Positions 8,815-19,053 of a stretch of DNA of 64,000 nt are shown piece by piece. Every line of letters begins with the position of its first letter. Within the stretch, counting starts at the first letter, position 1. The stretch spans positions 1,242,546-1,306,545 of the forward strand of contig OY776633.1 in the NCBI GenBank assembly GCA_963675855.1. The letters run 5' to 3'. The position numbers and the translations under genes were made by a program. Source of the stretch: Christensenellaceae bacterium (GTDB lineage Bacteria > Bacillota > Clostridia > Christensenellales > CAG-138). Under the pieces are notes generated by a model. It did no database searches. It had not been told where the DNA came from and saw nothing but the letters and a program-made list of their open reading frames with translations.

Positions 8815-10718
8815 GCAAACCGAAACACGATTTTCCGCCGGCCTCGCGAAGCGAGATGGCCGCGCGGGGCGTCGAACAACTCGACTTTATTCTCATCTCG
8901 GGTGACGCATATGTCGATCACCCGAGTTTTGGAGCGGCGATCATTTCCCGCCTGCTCGAAAGCAGGGGTTACAGCGTCGGCTTAATCATGCAGCCCGACT
9001 GGCACACGGCGGAAGCGTTCCGCTCGCTCGGCAAACCCAGGCTCGCGTTTCTCGTTACCTCCGGCAACCTCGACAGCATGGTCAATCATTATTCCGTTTC
9101 CGGGTCAAGGCGGACGACGGATGCCTATTCGCCGTCCGGCGAAGCGGGCAGGCGGCCCGACCGCGCGGCGATCGTATACGCCAACCGCTGCCGTGAGGCG
9201 TACGCGGGCGTGCCGCTCGTCATCGGCGGCATCGAGGCGAGCCTGCGGCGCTTTGCGCACTACGATTACTGGGACGACCGCGTGCGCCACAGCATACTCT
9301 ACGACGCATGCGCGGATATCCTCGTCTACGGCATGGGCGAGCGCGCGATGATTCAGATCGCAGACGCGCTCAACGCCGGCAAGCCGGCCGGGGAGATCAC
9401 GGATGTCGCCGGTACCTGCGTTCGGATTTCGAACGCGGATCAGGCAATAGACGCAATTTTGCTGCCGTCGTATACGGAAGTTTCAAAGGATAAAAAGAAA
9501 TACTGCGAGGCGTTCGTTCTGCAATCAAGGGAACAGGACGCGGTGCGCGGCAGGCGGCTGTTACAGGCGCATGAAAAGGGATTTCTTCTGTGCAATCCTC
9601 CTGCGGTCCCACTGACGGGCGCGGAGCTGGACGAGATTTACGCGCTGCCGTTTACGCGAAGGCCGCATCCATCGATTCAGGGGCATGTTCCCGCGATGGA
9701 CGAGGTTTCATTTTCCATCACGTCGTCGCGCGGGTGCTTCGGCAACTGCAGCTTTTGCGCGCTGACGTTCCATCAGGGGCGCGTCGTGACGGGCCGTACG
9801 CACGAATCGATCCTTTCAGAAGCACGAACGCTCATAAAGGACCCTTCGTTCAAGGGCTATATCCACGACGTCGGCGGCCCGACGGCGAACTTTCGCCACC
9901 CTGCCTGCCAAAAGCAGCTGAAAAGCGGCGTTTGCGCCGACCGGCAATGCATCGGTTACACGGCTTGCAAACAGCTCGATGCTTCCGAGGAAGATTACGT
10001 TTCGCTCCTGCGAAAGCTCCGCGCGGTGCCGGGCGTTAAGAAGGTGTTCGTCCGCAGCGGCGTGCGGTATGATTACGCGCTGTTGGATCGCGACGATGCG
10101 TTTTTGCGCGAGCTGATCGAGCACCACGTGAGCGGGCAGCTCAAGGTCGCGCCGGAGCACGTCTCCGACCGCGTGCTGAAGTATATGAACAAACCCCCGC
10201 ATGCCGTTTACGAGCGGTTCGTGCAGAAATTCGAGGCGCTCAACAAAAGCATGGGCCTGAAGCAGTACCTCGTTCCGTACCTGATCAGCTCGCATCCCGG
10301 GTCAACGATACACGATGCGATCGAGCTTGCGCTCTACCTGAAAAAAACCGGGCAGCGGCCGGAGCAGGTGCAGGATTTTTACCCAACGCCGGGGACGGCC
10401 TCGACCTGCATGTATCATACGGGCCTCGACCCGTTCACGATGCGGCCCGTCTACGTCGCGAAAAGCCGAGAGGAAAAAGCCATGCAGCGCGCGCTCATGC
10501 AGTGCCATATCCGCAAAAACTGGCCGCTGATCCGAAAGGCGCTGCGGTCCGTCGACCGCGAGGATCTGATCGGCAGCGGCAAAGGCTGCCTTGTGCCGCC
10601 GGATTCGCGTCCGGCTGATACGGCGCACGCCGTCAAGGGCGCAAAGCGCACCCCGCGCGGCGGAGTGAAACAATCCTCAAGGGGCGGAAAGCGCGGTGCG
10701 CGGCGCGGACGCGGCTGA
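8811..10718 (+). CDS. YgiQ-family (UPF0313) radical SAM protein
   Basis: 635 aa with SSRGCFGNCSFCAL (CxxxCxxC), the N-terminal DFILISGDAYVDHPSFG and a basic C-terminal tail. Confidence 0.85.
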   Translation: MSKPKHDFPPASRSEMAARGVEQLDFILISGDAYVDHPSFGAAIISRLLESRGYSVGLIMQPDWHTAEAFRSLGKPRLAFLVTSGNLDSMVNHYSVSGSRRTTDAYSPSGEAGRRPDRAAIVYANRCREAYAGVPLVIGGIEASLRRFAHYDYWDDRVRHSILYDACADILVYGMGERAMIQIADALNAGKPAGEITDVAGTCVRISNADQAIDAILLPSYTEVSKDKKKYCEAFVLQSREQDAVRGRRLLQAHEKGFLLCNPPAVPLTGAELDEIYALPFTRRPHPSIQGHVPAMDEVSFSITSSRGCFGNCSFCALTFHQGRVVTGRTHESILSEARTLIKDPSFKGYIHDVGGPTANFRHPACQKQLKSGVCADRQCIGYTACKQLDASEEDYVSLLRKLRAVPGVKKVFVRSGVRYDYALLDRDDAFLRELIEHHVSGQLKVAPEHVSDRVLKYMNKPPHAVYERFVQKFEALNKSMGLKQYLVPYLISSHPGSTIHDAIELALYLKKTGQRPEQVQDFYPTPGTASTCMYHTGLDPFTMRPVYVAKSREEKAMQRALMQCHIRKNWPLIRKALRSVDREDLIGSGKGCLVPPDSRPADTAHAVKGAKRTPRGGVKQSSRGGKRGARRGRG

Positions 10719-10767
10719 CAAGGCCGCAATATCGCGCAAAAACCGCAGTTTTGCCCGTCGGAAGTTA

Positions 10768-10796
10768 TTGACAAAACGCATCCAAGCCGATACAAT
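10768..10796 (+). promoter_or_regulatory. Sigma-A-type promoter (TTGACA-17-TACAAT) for yceD-rpmF
   Basis: Both hexamers are consensus or near-consensus, with a 17-nt spacer. Confidence 0.6.
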
Positions 10797-10887
10797 ATCT
10801 TAGGTTGCGTGGAAACGCGCGATGGTTTTGTGCGCGCTGGCAGATGAGAACGCGCCGGCATCCTCGGCTCAGAAGGCGGTGGAGATC

Positions 10888-11340
10888 ATGCGGATTCGAG
10901 TTGGAAACGCCGTGCGCCAGGCCGGCGAACCGTTCCCGTTCGAAGCGGCGGAAGCATTTAGCCCGCAGGCATACGGCGAACGGACGATATCCTTTGCCGA
11001 ACCGGTCAAGGTGAGCGGAACATACGTGTACGACAGCAAGGCGTTCACGGTGTCCGGCAAAGTGGAAGCATTCGTCGACACGAAGTGCGCGCGCTGCATG
11101 AAGCCTTTCACGGAACAAGTGGAGTTTGCTTTTTCGGAGCGGTTCGTAAAAGTCGACGGCGAAACGGAAGACGACGAGACCTATCCGTATACGGGGGACG
11201 AGCTTTCGCTCGACAAAGCCGTGTTGGACAACCTCTTTTTAGAGCTTCCCATCGCAAGCGTCTGCCGCGAAGACTGCAAGGGCCTTTGTCCCGTCTGCGG
11301 CGCCGACTGGAACGTAACCGAATGCAATTGCACCATTTAG
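10888..11340 (+). CDS. YceD/DUF177 family protein (23S rRNA accumulation protein-like)
   Basis: It has the four-Cys pattern CARCMKPF...CKGLCPVCGADWN and sits directly upstream of rpmF, as usual. The ORF opens at 10822, so the start is uncertain. Confidence 0.8.
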   Translation: MRIRVGNAVRQAGEPFPFEAAEAFSPQAYGERTISFAEPVKVSGTYVYDSKAFTVSGKVEAFVDTKCARCMKPFTEQVEFAFSERFVKVDGETEDDETYPYTGDELSLDKAVLDNLFLELPIASVCREDCKGLCPVCGADWNVTECNCTI

Positions 11341-11401
11341 AAAGCCGCGGCCGGACGACGTGCCCGGCATGCGGCCAGATTGAAGAATAGGAGGGATTAT
11401 C

Positions 11402-11602
11402 ATGGCAGTACCCAAGAGAAAAACGTCCAAAGCAAGACGTGATTCACGCAGAGCCAACAGCTTCGGCGTAGCCGAGGTCCAGCTCAACGAGTGCCCGCAG
11501 TGCCACTCGCTCGTACCGTCCCACACGGTATGCAAAACGTGCGGGTATTACAACGGCAAGCTGGTCGTCGACATGGAAAAGAAGGAAAAGAAGAACGCCT
11601 GA
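11402..11602 (+). CDS. rpmF: 50S ribosomal protein L32
   Basis: MAVPKRKTSKARRDSRR...CPQCHSLVPSHTVCKTCGYY, with an AGGAGGG RBS. Confidence 0.96.
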   Translation: MAVPKRKTSKARRDSRRANSFGVAEVQLNECPQCHSLVPSHTVCKTCGYYNGKLVVDMEKKEKKNA

Positions 11603-11746
11603 TCCTCCGTCCTTCTCATCTGTCGGATATCCGGCAACAATTTCAGCAAACGAAAGGGCTTTCCCGCCGTGCGGCGAGGAAGGCCTTTTGCTTTGCGGTT
11701 CATCAACACTCAACCGCCCGAAAGTATAGAAAAACGCTCATTTGCG

Positions 11747-11775
11747 TTGCAACGCGGCGCGATTTCCCGTATAAT
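11747..11775 (+). promoter_or_regulatory. Sigma-A-type promoter (TTGCAA-17-TATAAT) upstream of plsX
   Basis: The hexamers and spacer were read directly. The leader to the plsX ATG is ~110 nt. Confidence 0.5.
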
Positions 11776-11888
11776 AATCCAATCGAGCGCGCCGTACACG
11801 CTATTGTCTATCATATGTATATTTTTCCGCGGCGCAATCACCATTGGGACAGCGGCCGAAAGGTTGCGGAATTGGGAGCGTACAGGAC

Positions 11889-12896
11889 ATGAAAATTGCC
11901 ATCGACGCCATGGGCGGCGACCATGCGCCATCCGCCGTTCTGGAGGGCGTCAAACTTGTACTGCCGGAACTGAAAAACGACGTGGAGCTCCGGCTCTACG
12001 GCGACGAAGCGGCGCTGAACGACGGTCTTTCCAACCTTGGAATAAAAGACGCGCGGATCAGGGTCGTTCCAACAACGGAGATCATCAGCTGCGAAGAACA
12101 GCCGACGCTCGCGATCCGGAAAAAGAAAGATTCCTCCATGGTGCGCGCGGTGGAGGCGGTCGCATCCGGCGAAGCGGACTGCGTGCTCTCCGCCGGCAGC
12201 ACGGGTGCGCTGCTCACCGGCGCGACGCTGATCATCAAACGGCTCAAGGGCGTCAAGCGCCCGGCGCTGGCGACCATCATGCCGACGCTCGACAGCTGCG
12301 CGTTGTTGTTGGACTGCGGCGCGAACACCGACTGCAAGAGTGACTTTCTCGTGCAGTTCGCGCTGATGGGCTCATCTTATATGAAGAGCGTTATCGGCGT
12401 GGAGAACCCGCGCGTAGGACTGCTCAGCAACGGTGCGGAGGAGGAGAAGGGCAACGAACTGACTAAAGAAACGCATCAGCTGCTGAAGACCGCGCCCGTG
12501 CGCTTTACGGGCAATTGCGAAGCGCGGGACGTTCTCGGCGGCGAGTTCGATGTGATCGTCTGCGACGGGTTCGACGGAAACGTCGTGCTCAAAAGCACCG
12601 AGGGTACGGCGATCCTCATCATGGACCTGCTCAAACAGGGGCTGATGTCGAGCCTGCGCACGAAGATAGGCGCGCTGATCTGTAAACCGGCGTTCCGCCT
12701 GCTCAAAAAGAAGCTCGACTATACCGAATACGGCGGCGCGCCGCTGCTCGGCGTCAACGGCGGCGTGATCAAGGCGCACGGCAGCTCTAACGGCAAAGCT
12801 TTCCGTTCTGCGATTCTGCAGGCGGAAAGGCTCGTATCCTCCGACGTGACGCGTCTGCTCGGCGAACAGATCGCCGGACTCGGCGTTAAGGAGTAG
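11889..12896 (+). CDS. plsX: Phosphate acyltransferase PlsX
   Basis: The ORF is 11844..12896. The start at MKIAIDAMGGDHAP is the canonical PlsX N-terminus. Confidence 0.95.
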   Translation: MKIAIDAMGGDHAPSAVLEGVKLVLPELKNDVELRLYGDEAALNDGLSNLGIKDARIRVVPTTEIISCEEQPTLAIRKKKDSSMVRAVEAVASGEADCVLSAGSTGALLTGATLIIKRLKGVKRPALATIMPTLDSCALLLDCGANTDCKSDFLVQFALMGSSYMKSVIGVENPRVGLLSNGAEEEKGNELTKETHQLLKTAPVRFTGNCEARDVLGGEFDVIVCDGFDGNVVLKSTEGTAILIMDLLKQGLMSSLRTKIGALICKPAFRLLKKKLDYTEYGGAPLLGVNGGVIKAHGSSNGKAFRSAILQAERLVSSDVTRLLGEQIAGLGVKE

Positions 12897-12937
12897 CCGG
12901 AGGCGGCGCAACGGGACGATGCGGCGCGCGGGAAGGA

Positions 12938-12966
12938 TTGACAGATCGCCTTGCGTGCTATAGAAT
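12938..12966 (+). promoter_or_regulatory. Sigma-A-type promoter (TTGACA-17-TAGAAT) for acpP
   Basis: Consensus -35 hexamer, 17-nt spacer and a good -10 hexamer. Confidence 0.6.
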
Positions 12967-13012
12967 ACTACGCGAACGAGATGCGTAACAATAACGCTTC
13001 GAAAAGGAGTTT

Positions 13013-13243
13013 ATGAACATGTTTTTTGAAAAAGTTCGAGATATTATCGCAAAGCAACTGGACATTGACGCGGCGACCATTTCGATGGGCAGCAGGCTCA
13101 TCGACGACCTGAAAGCGGACTCTCTGGACATCGTCGAGCTCATCATGGACCTTGAGCAGGAATTCAACATCGAAATTCCGGACGAAGAGCTGCCAAAGGT
13201 GCAGACCGTCGCGGATATCGTCGGTTATCTCGAAAAGAACTGA
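13013..13243 (+). CDS. acpP: Acyl carrier protein
   Basis: 76 aa with [17 protein letters not shown] (the DSL phosphopantetheine serine). Confidence 0.96.
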   Translation: MNMFFEKVRDIIAKQLDIDAATISMGSRLIDDLKADSLDIVELIMDLEQEFNIEIPDEELPKVQTVADIVGYLEKN

Positions 13244-13264
13244 TCCGAAAACACGTGTCCAACT

Positions 13265-13303
13265 ACCCGCATCCGAAGGCTGAGAGAGGGTGCGGGTTTT
13301 TTT
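13265..13303 (+). terminator. Rho-independent terminator after acpP
   Basis: ACCCGCA...TGCGGGT stem followed by TTTTTTT. Confidence 0.7.
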
Positions 13304-13391
13304 GTAAAGCATGCGGCGCGAACCCGACAGAGTAAACCCGCACCGCAATCAGAAAACGACTGACCGAAGATTTGACGTAAAGGAAAGCCGA

Positions 13392-14111
13392 ATGCCGGAT
13401 ATGCAAAACGCGCCCGCCGCGCTTGAGGAAACACTGCAGTATGCGTTTTCCGACCGTTCCCTGCTGGAAACGGCTCTGACGCATACTTCTTTTGTCAAGG
13501 GCGACGGCAGGCGGCAGACGCATAACGAGCGGCTTGAATTTCTCGGCGACGCAGTGCTGGAGCTCTGCGTGAGCGAATACCTGTATCTTCGCCATCCCGA
13601 GCTGCAGGAGGGTGCGATGACGCGCCAACGCGCGCGGCTGGTCTGCGAAAAGGCGCTTTTTAACGCTGCGCGTTCGCTCGGCATACCGGAGGCCCTGCGC
13701 CTCGGAAACGGCGAGGAGATCACGGGCGGCAGGCAGAAACCATCCATCGTGTCGGATGCGCTGGAAGCCGTACTGGGTGCCGTGTACCTCGACGGCGGGC
13801 TGGAGAACGCGCGCCGCGTGATTGTCGAGCGCGTGGTACGCCTTCTGGAAGAAACGCGGGAAGACGAGACGGATAAGGATTACAAAACCCGTCTGCAGGA
13901 ATTCGTGCAGAAGGATCATATCGGCACGCTCGAATACGAGTGCCTTGGCGAGGCGGGCCCGGAGCATAGAAAGCGCTTCACCATCAGCGTGCGCCTCAGC
14001 GGCGAGCCGATCGGCGAGGGGACGGGGCTCAGCAAACAGAGCGCGGGACAGGAAGCGGCGAAGGACGCGTTGATCAGGCTCGGGGTTTTGGAGGTCGAAT
14101 CATGCGGCTGA
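13392..14111 (+). CDS. rnc: Ribonuclease III
   Basis: It has the signature NERLEFLGDAVLEL, and the C-terminal dsRBD has KDYKTRLQE...GSGLSKQSAGQEAA. The ORF opens at 13311 and the ATG at 13392 was chosen. Confidence 0.93.
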   Translation: MPDMQNAPAALEETLQYAFSDRSLLETALTHTSFVKGDGRRQTHNERLEFLGDAVLELCVSEYLYLRHPELQEGAMTRQRARLVCEKALFNAARSLGIPEALRLGNGEEITGGRQKPSIVSDALEAVLGAVYLDGGLENARRVIVERVVRLLEETREDETDKDYKTRLQEFVQKDHIGTLEYECLGEAGPEHRKRFTISVRLSGEPIGEGTGLSKQSAGQEAAKDALIRLGVLEVESCG

Positions 14112-17100
14112 CAAAACTCGAACTCAATGGCTTCAAGTCCTTTGCGCGCAAAACGGAAATCCGCTTCGGACAGGGCGTCACCGCCATCATCGGGCCAAAC
14201 GGCTGCGGCAAGAGCAATATTTCAGACGCGGTTCGCTGGGTGCTTGGCGAGCAGAGCGCGAAAGCCCTGCGCGGCACGCGGATGGAGGACGTCATCTTCA
14301 ACGGCACGCAGCTGAGAAAAGCGCTGGCTTACAGCGAGGTGACGCTGACCTTCGACAACGGCGACGGCATGCTCGACGTGCCGTTTTCCGAGGTTGCGAT
14401 TACGCGGCGCGTATACCGCTCCGGCGAGAGCGAGTACTGCATCAACCGAAACGTCTGCCGCCTTCGCGACATATCGGAGCTTTTCCGCGACACGGGCATT
14501 GGTAAAGACGGATACTCTATCATCGGCCAGGGCAAAGTGGAGGAAATTCTCGCCAACAAGAGCGGGGACCGGCGCGCGGCCTTCGAGGAGGCGGCCGGCG
14601 TAATGCGTTACCGCGTGCGCAAGGAAGAGGCGGAACGCAAACTCAACAACACCGAAAAAAACCTCGAGCGGATCGAGGATATTTTAAAGGAGCTTTCCGA
14701 CCGGCTCGGCCCGCTGGAAGAGCAGAGCGCATCCGCGCGCGCGTATCTGCGCCTCCGGGACGAATTGAAAGACCTCGAAGTCAATCTTTTTCTTTACCAG
14801 TACGACCGCGCGCAAGAAAAGCTGGTACAGATCAAGGAAACCATGCGCCAGCTGAACGGCGAAAGCGACCTTGCGGAAGCGGGTCAGACTACGCTGCTTT
14901 CAACCTGCGCGGCGCTTGAGGATCAGCTCAAGTCGCTCGACGCGGCGCTAGGGGCGCAGCAGAACAAGCTTATGGGGCTGGTGTCCGAGACGGAGACGCG
15001 CGTCGGCGCGAGCCGCGTGCTCGCCGAAAGGCATGAAAACGCGCTTGCGCAGAAGACGCGCATCGAAAAGGAACGCGAGGCGGGAAAAGCCCGCGTAGCA
15101 GAGCTCGGCGCGGTGATCGAAGGCATGCGCACGGACGAATCCGGGCAGGCGGCGATCAGCCTGCTCGAAAAAGAGATCGAAACCGCGCAAGCCGCGCTCG
15201 ACGCGCTTGACGCGGACACCGCCAAACGCGAAGAATCGCTGGAAGCCATGAAAAACGGCATCATAGAGGCGATGAACCGCGCGTCGGACTTCAAATCCAG
15301 CGTAAGCCGGTTCGACGCCATGAAGGCGTCTATCGGCGAACGCCTCGCCGCGATAGAAACGGAAACAAGCCGCCGCGCGGGTGAAACGGAACGGCTGAAG
15401 GAAGAACTGGCAGAAGCAAAAGAGAAGCACATGGCAAAAGCGAGGCTCCTTGAACAGGCAAAGCAGGACCTCGACGGTTCGGTGGAGCATAGAAGAAAAA
15501 CACTGGACGCGTTCACCGCGCTGCGCGAGGAGCTCTCGCGCGACGAGCAGAACATCACATCGATACAGTCCCGCCTGCGCGTGCTCGAGGAGATGCAGCG
15601 CTCGCGCGAGGGCTATTACGCAAGCGTAAAGAATATATTGAAGGACGCGCCGCGCGACCCGAAGCTGGGTCGCGCCATCGTCGGCGTTGTGGCGGAGCTT
15701 TTGCGCGTGCCGAAGGAATACGAAACCGCCGTGACCATGGCGCTTGGCTCTACGCTGCAGAACATCGTCACCCCGACCGCCGAGGACGCGAAATACGTCA
15801 TCGAATACCTCCGCGAAAAGGATTACGGCCGCGCGACGCTGCTGCCAATGGCGTTGCTCCATCCTACACGCATCACGCGGGAGGAAAGGTCGATGATCGA
15901 CATGCCCGGCTGCGTCGGCGTTGCCAACGAGCTGGTCGAGTGCGACGAAAACGTGCGCAGCGTCATGGACTACCTTCTCTGCCGCACGATCATCGTTCAG
16001 GATCTCGACGCGGGCATCGCATTAAAAAAACGCACGCGCGGCGCGTTTCACATCGCGACGCTGGAAGGCGACATCATCAGCACCGGCGGCTCCATGAGCG
16101 GCGGCAGCCTGAAGAAACAAAGCTTTAACCTGTTAAGCCGCGAGCGTGAGCTGAAGGAACTCAGGGAAAATCTGAAAAAAGCGGAAGCCGCGCTGGAAGA
16201 GAAACAGCAATCCCTGCGCGAGAGCGAACAGGAACTGCTGCGCTGCGACATCCAAGTGGATTCCTTCCGGGACGCGGCGCACGCCGGCGAACTGGATACG
16301 GCCAAACAGGCCGAACAGCTCGATATCATACGGAGGGATGTGGAAAACAGCGAGCAGTCCGGGCAGGCGCTTGCCGACGAACGCGCGCAGTTGACGGAGA
16401 ACCTCGAAAGCATCGAGCGCGAGCGCGCAAGCGCGGACGAGCAGCAGACCGGCATCGAGCAGGGCAACGCCGCCACGCGCGAGGACGTATCCCGCGCGCA
16501 GGGCGAGCTGGCCGAAGTACGCAAACAGCGCGAGACATTGGCGGGCGAACTCACCGAGCAGAAGGTGCGCCGCATGGCGCTGAGCAAAGAGCGCGACGCG
16601 GTCTACGCCGAACAGAGAAGACTCGTTTCGGAACACCGTGAACTCTCGATGCGGCTGTCCGAACTCGAGCGTGAAGCGGAAGAAAACGAACGCGCGCTCG
16701 CCGCGATCGAAGCGGAGCTGACGGGCATGCGCGGGCAGATTGAAAACGACACGGCGCTTACGGACGCGGAGAAGGAAGCGCACAAAAAGCTTGAGGAGGA
16801 GCGGCAGGCCGTATCGGCGGCGCTTTCCGAACAGCGCGCGCGGCGCGAGGAGCTGCTTGCCTCGACAAAGGACCTCGCCGACCGCATGCACAAACAGGAG
16901 ATGGCGCAAAGTCGTCTTGAGATGGAACTCGACGCCGCGCAGGACCATATCTGGAACGAATACGAGCTCACTTACGAAAACGCCGCCGCGCTCAGGCGCG
17001 ACGTTCCAGTGGGCGCGAGCAACGAGCGCGTGCGCGAGATCAAAAAGGAGATCAAGGGCCTGGGCGATATCAGTCTGGGTTCCATAGGGGAATACAAGGC

Positions 17101-17689
17101 CGTTTTCGAACGGCACGAGGAACTAAATACGCAGTTCGACGACCTGCACAAGGCCAAGCAGGATCTTGAGATGCTGATCGTCGAACTCACGGACACGATG
17201 GAAAAAATGTTCCTCAAACAGTTCGAGATGATCCAGCAGAACTTCTCCGCCACGTTTGCGGAGCTCTTCGGCGGCGGGCAGGCGGAACTCAGGCTCGCGG
17301 ATAAAAACGACATCCTCGGCTGCGACATCGATATCATCGCGCAGCCGCCGGGCAAAAAGCTGCAGCTTCTGACGCTGCTCTCCGGAGGGGAGCGGACGCT
17401 GACCGCCATCGCGCTTGTATTTGCCATGCTCAAACTCAAACCGCCGGCGTTTTGCATGCTCGACGAGATCGAATCCGCGCTGGACGAAGCGAACGTATCC
17501 CGCTTTGCGGACTACGTCGTGCGCTACTCAAACGACACGCAGTTCATCCTCATCACGCACCGCAAGGGCAGCATGGAGGTCTGCGATACGCTCTACGGCA
17601 TATCGATGGAAGAAAAGGGCGTGAGCAAGGTCGTTTCCGCCCGCTTCGGCGAAAACGGAATCTCGCACGCGCCAATCCAGGCAAGCTGA
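14102..17689 (+). CDS. smc: Chromosome segregation protein SMC
   Basis: 1195 aa with Walker A GPNGCGKSNI, long coiled coils, a hinge, the signature LLSGGERTLTAIALVFA and Walker B FCMLDEIESALD. Confidence 0.97.
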   Translation: MRLTKLELNGFKSFARKTEIRFGQGVTAIIGPNGCGKSNISDAVRWVLGEQSAKALRGTRMEDVIFNGTQLRKALAYSEVTLTFDNGDGMLDVPFSEVAITRRVYRSGESEYCINRNVCRLRDISELFRDTGIGKDGYSIIGQGKVEEILANKSGDRRAAFEEAAGVMRYRVRKEEAERKLNNTEKNLERIEDILKELSDRLGPLEEQSASARAYLRLRDELKDLEVNLFLYQYDRAQEKLVQIKETMRQLNGESDLAEAGQTTLLSTCAALEDQLKSLDAALGAQQNKLMGLVSETETRVGASRVLAERHENALAQKTRIEKEREAGKARVAELGAVIEGMRTDESGQAAISLLEKEIETAQAALDALDADTAKREESLEAMKNGIIEAMNRASDFKSSVSRFDAMKASIGERLAAIETETSRRAGETERLKEELAEAKEKHMAKARLLEQAKQDLDGSVEHRRKTLDAFTALREELSRDEQNITSIQSRLRVLEEMQRSREGYYASVKNILKDAPRDPKLGRAIVGVVAELLRVPKEYETAVTMALGSTLQNIVTPTAEDAKYVIEYLREKDYGRATLLPMALLHPTRITREERSMIDMPGCVGVANELVECDENVRSVMDYLLCRTIIVQDLDAGIALKKRTRGAFHIATLEGDIISTGGSMSGGSLKKQSFNLLSRERELKELRENLKKAEAALEEKQQSLRESEQELLRCDIQVDSFRDAAHAGELDTAKQAEQLDIIRRDVENSEQSGQALADERAQLTENLESIERERASADEQQTGIEQGNAATREDVSRAQGELAEVRKQRETLAGELTEQKVRRMALSKERDAVYAEQRRLVSEHRELSMRLSELEREAEENERALAAIEAELTGMRGQIENDTALTDAEKEAHKKLEEERQAVSAALSEQRARREELLASTKDLADRMHKQEMAQSRLEMELDAAQDHIWNEYELTYENAAALRRDVPVGASNERVREIKKEIKGLGDISLGSIGEYKAVFERHEELNTQFDDLHKAKQDLEMLIVELTDTMEKMFLKQFEMIQQNFSATFAELFGGGQAELRLADKNDILGCDIDIIAQPPGKKLQLLTLLSGGERTLTAIALVFAMLKLKPPAFCMLDEIESALDEANVSRFADYVVRYSNDTQFILITHRKGSMEVCDTLYGISMEEKGVSKVVSARFGENGISHAPIQAS

Positions 17690-17704
17690 ACAAGGATTAT
17701 TAGA

Positions 17705-18622
17705 ATGGAAAAGAAACCGCTGTTTCAAAAATGGAAGACCGGGCTTGGCAAGACCCGCACGGGTTTGCTCGCGCGGCTCTTTACTTCGAAGGACAGCATC
17801 AATGAGGCGTTTTACGAGGAGCTGGAGGAAGCGCTGATCCTCGCGGACGCGGGCGCGGCGGTGACCGAGCGGCTGCTAGACGAACTGCAGTCCGAGATTC
17901 GGAAGAAGAAGATTACAGACCGCGCGGGCGCAAGAAACGAACTCGCCGAACTGATCGCGCGGGCGGTGGCCACGGACAAGCCGTTTGCGGCGGACCAGGG
18001 GCCCGCGATACTGCTCATCGTAGGCGTCAACGGCGTCGGCAAGACGACCAGCATCGGCAAGCTTGCCAACAGCTACCGCGAGCGGGGCAGGAAGGTCATG
18101 CTCGCCGCGGCGGACACCTTCCGCGCGGCGGCGGCGGAACAGCTCGGCGAGTGGGCGAAACGCGCGGACGTGCCGATGGTGAAGCACGGCGAAGGCGCCG
18201 ATCCCGCGGCGGTGGTGTTCGACGCGATCGCGAGCTGCAAAGCCAAGGGGTGCGACCTGCTTCTATGCGACACGGCCGGACGCCTGCACAACAAGGCGAA
18301 CCTGATGAACGAGCTGAACAAGATTCGTCGCGTCATCGCGCGCGAGCTGCCGGATGTACCCTGCGAAACGCTGCTCGTGCTGGACGCGGTTACGGGACAG
18401 AACGCCATCGCGCAGGCGCGCGCGTTTTCGGAGGTTTGCAGCCTCGACGGTGTGATTCTGACCAAGCTCGACGGCACGGCAAAGGGCGGCGTGGTGATCG
18501 CCATCTGCTCTTCGCTCCACGTACCGGTGCGCTTCGTGGGCGTCGGCGAGGGGATCGACGACCTGCAGCCGTTTGACGCGAACCTCTTTTCGGAAGCGTT
18601 GCTTGCCGGCGATGCGGAATAA
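17705..18622 (+). CDS. ftsY: Signal recognition particle receptor FtsY
   Basis: GVNGVGKTTSIGKLA, DTAGRLHNK and TKLDGTAKGG. Confidence 0.95.
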   Translation: MEKKPLFQKWKTGLGKTRTGLLARLFTSKDSINEAFYEELEEALILADAGAAVTERLLDELQSEIRKKKITDRAGARNELAELIARAVATDKPFAADQGPAILLIVGVNGVGKTTSIGKLANSYRERGRKVMLAAADTFRAAAAEQLGEWAKRADVPMVKHGEGADPAAVVFDAIASCKAKGCDLLLCDTAGRLHNKANLMNELNKIRRVIARELPDVPCETLLVLDAVTGQNAIAQARAFSEVCSLDGVILTKLDGTAKGGVVIAICSSLHVPVRFVGVGEGIDDLQPFDANLFSEALLAGDAE

Positions 18623-18649
18623 TAAAATGTCATTTATCAAAAAGAGCGC

Positions 18650-18677
18650 TTGACTTTTTCGCCTGACACCGTATAAT
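18650..18677 (+). promoter_or_regulatory. Sigma-A-type promoter (TTGACT-16-TATAAT) for ylxM-ffh
   Basis: The hexamers were read directly. The spacer is 16 nt. Confidence 0.55.
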
Positions 18678-18717
18678 AGTTTACGGTGTAAAGCAATTCA
18701 GCTTTACAGGTGAAATT

Positions 18718-19053
18718 ATGGATCGTTTGGTCGAACTTGGACAATTATTGGACTGGTACGGCGCTTTTTTAACCGAGCGCCAGCGTTCGCTCGTGCGGCA
18801 GTACGCGTTCGAGGACTGCTCGCTGGGCGAAATCGCCGAGCGCGAGGGCATCTCTCGCCAGGCGGTACGCGACGCGATTAAAAAAGCCGAGGCGGAACTG
18901 AGGAACATGGAAGAAAAACTCGCCCTCATCGCGACAAACGAAAAACGGCGCAGCCTGCTCAAAGAACTGAGCGAAACGCGGCTGGACGAACGGCAAAAGG
19001 GCCTGCTTAGGCAACTTGAGGGGCTGGTTTCGGAGGAAGACGATGGCGTTTGA
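18718..19053 (+). CDS. ylxM: YlxM/UPF0122 putative helix-turn-helix protein
   Basis: It has a sigma-70 region-4-like HTH (SLGEIAEREGISRQAVRDAIKKA) and sits directly upstream of, and overlapping, ffh. Confidence 0.85.
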   Translation: MDRLVELGQLLDWYGAFLTERQRSLVRQYAFEDCSLGEIAEREGISRQAVRDAIKKAEAELRNMEEKLALIATNEKRRSLLKELSETRLDERQKGLLRQLEGLVSEEDDGV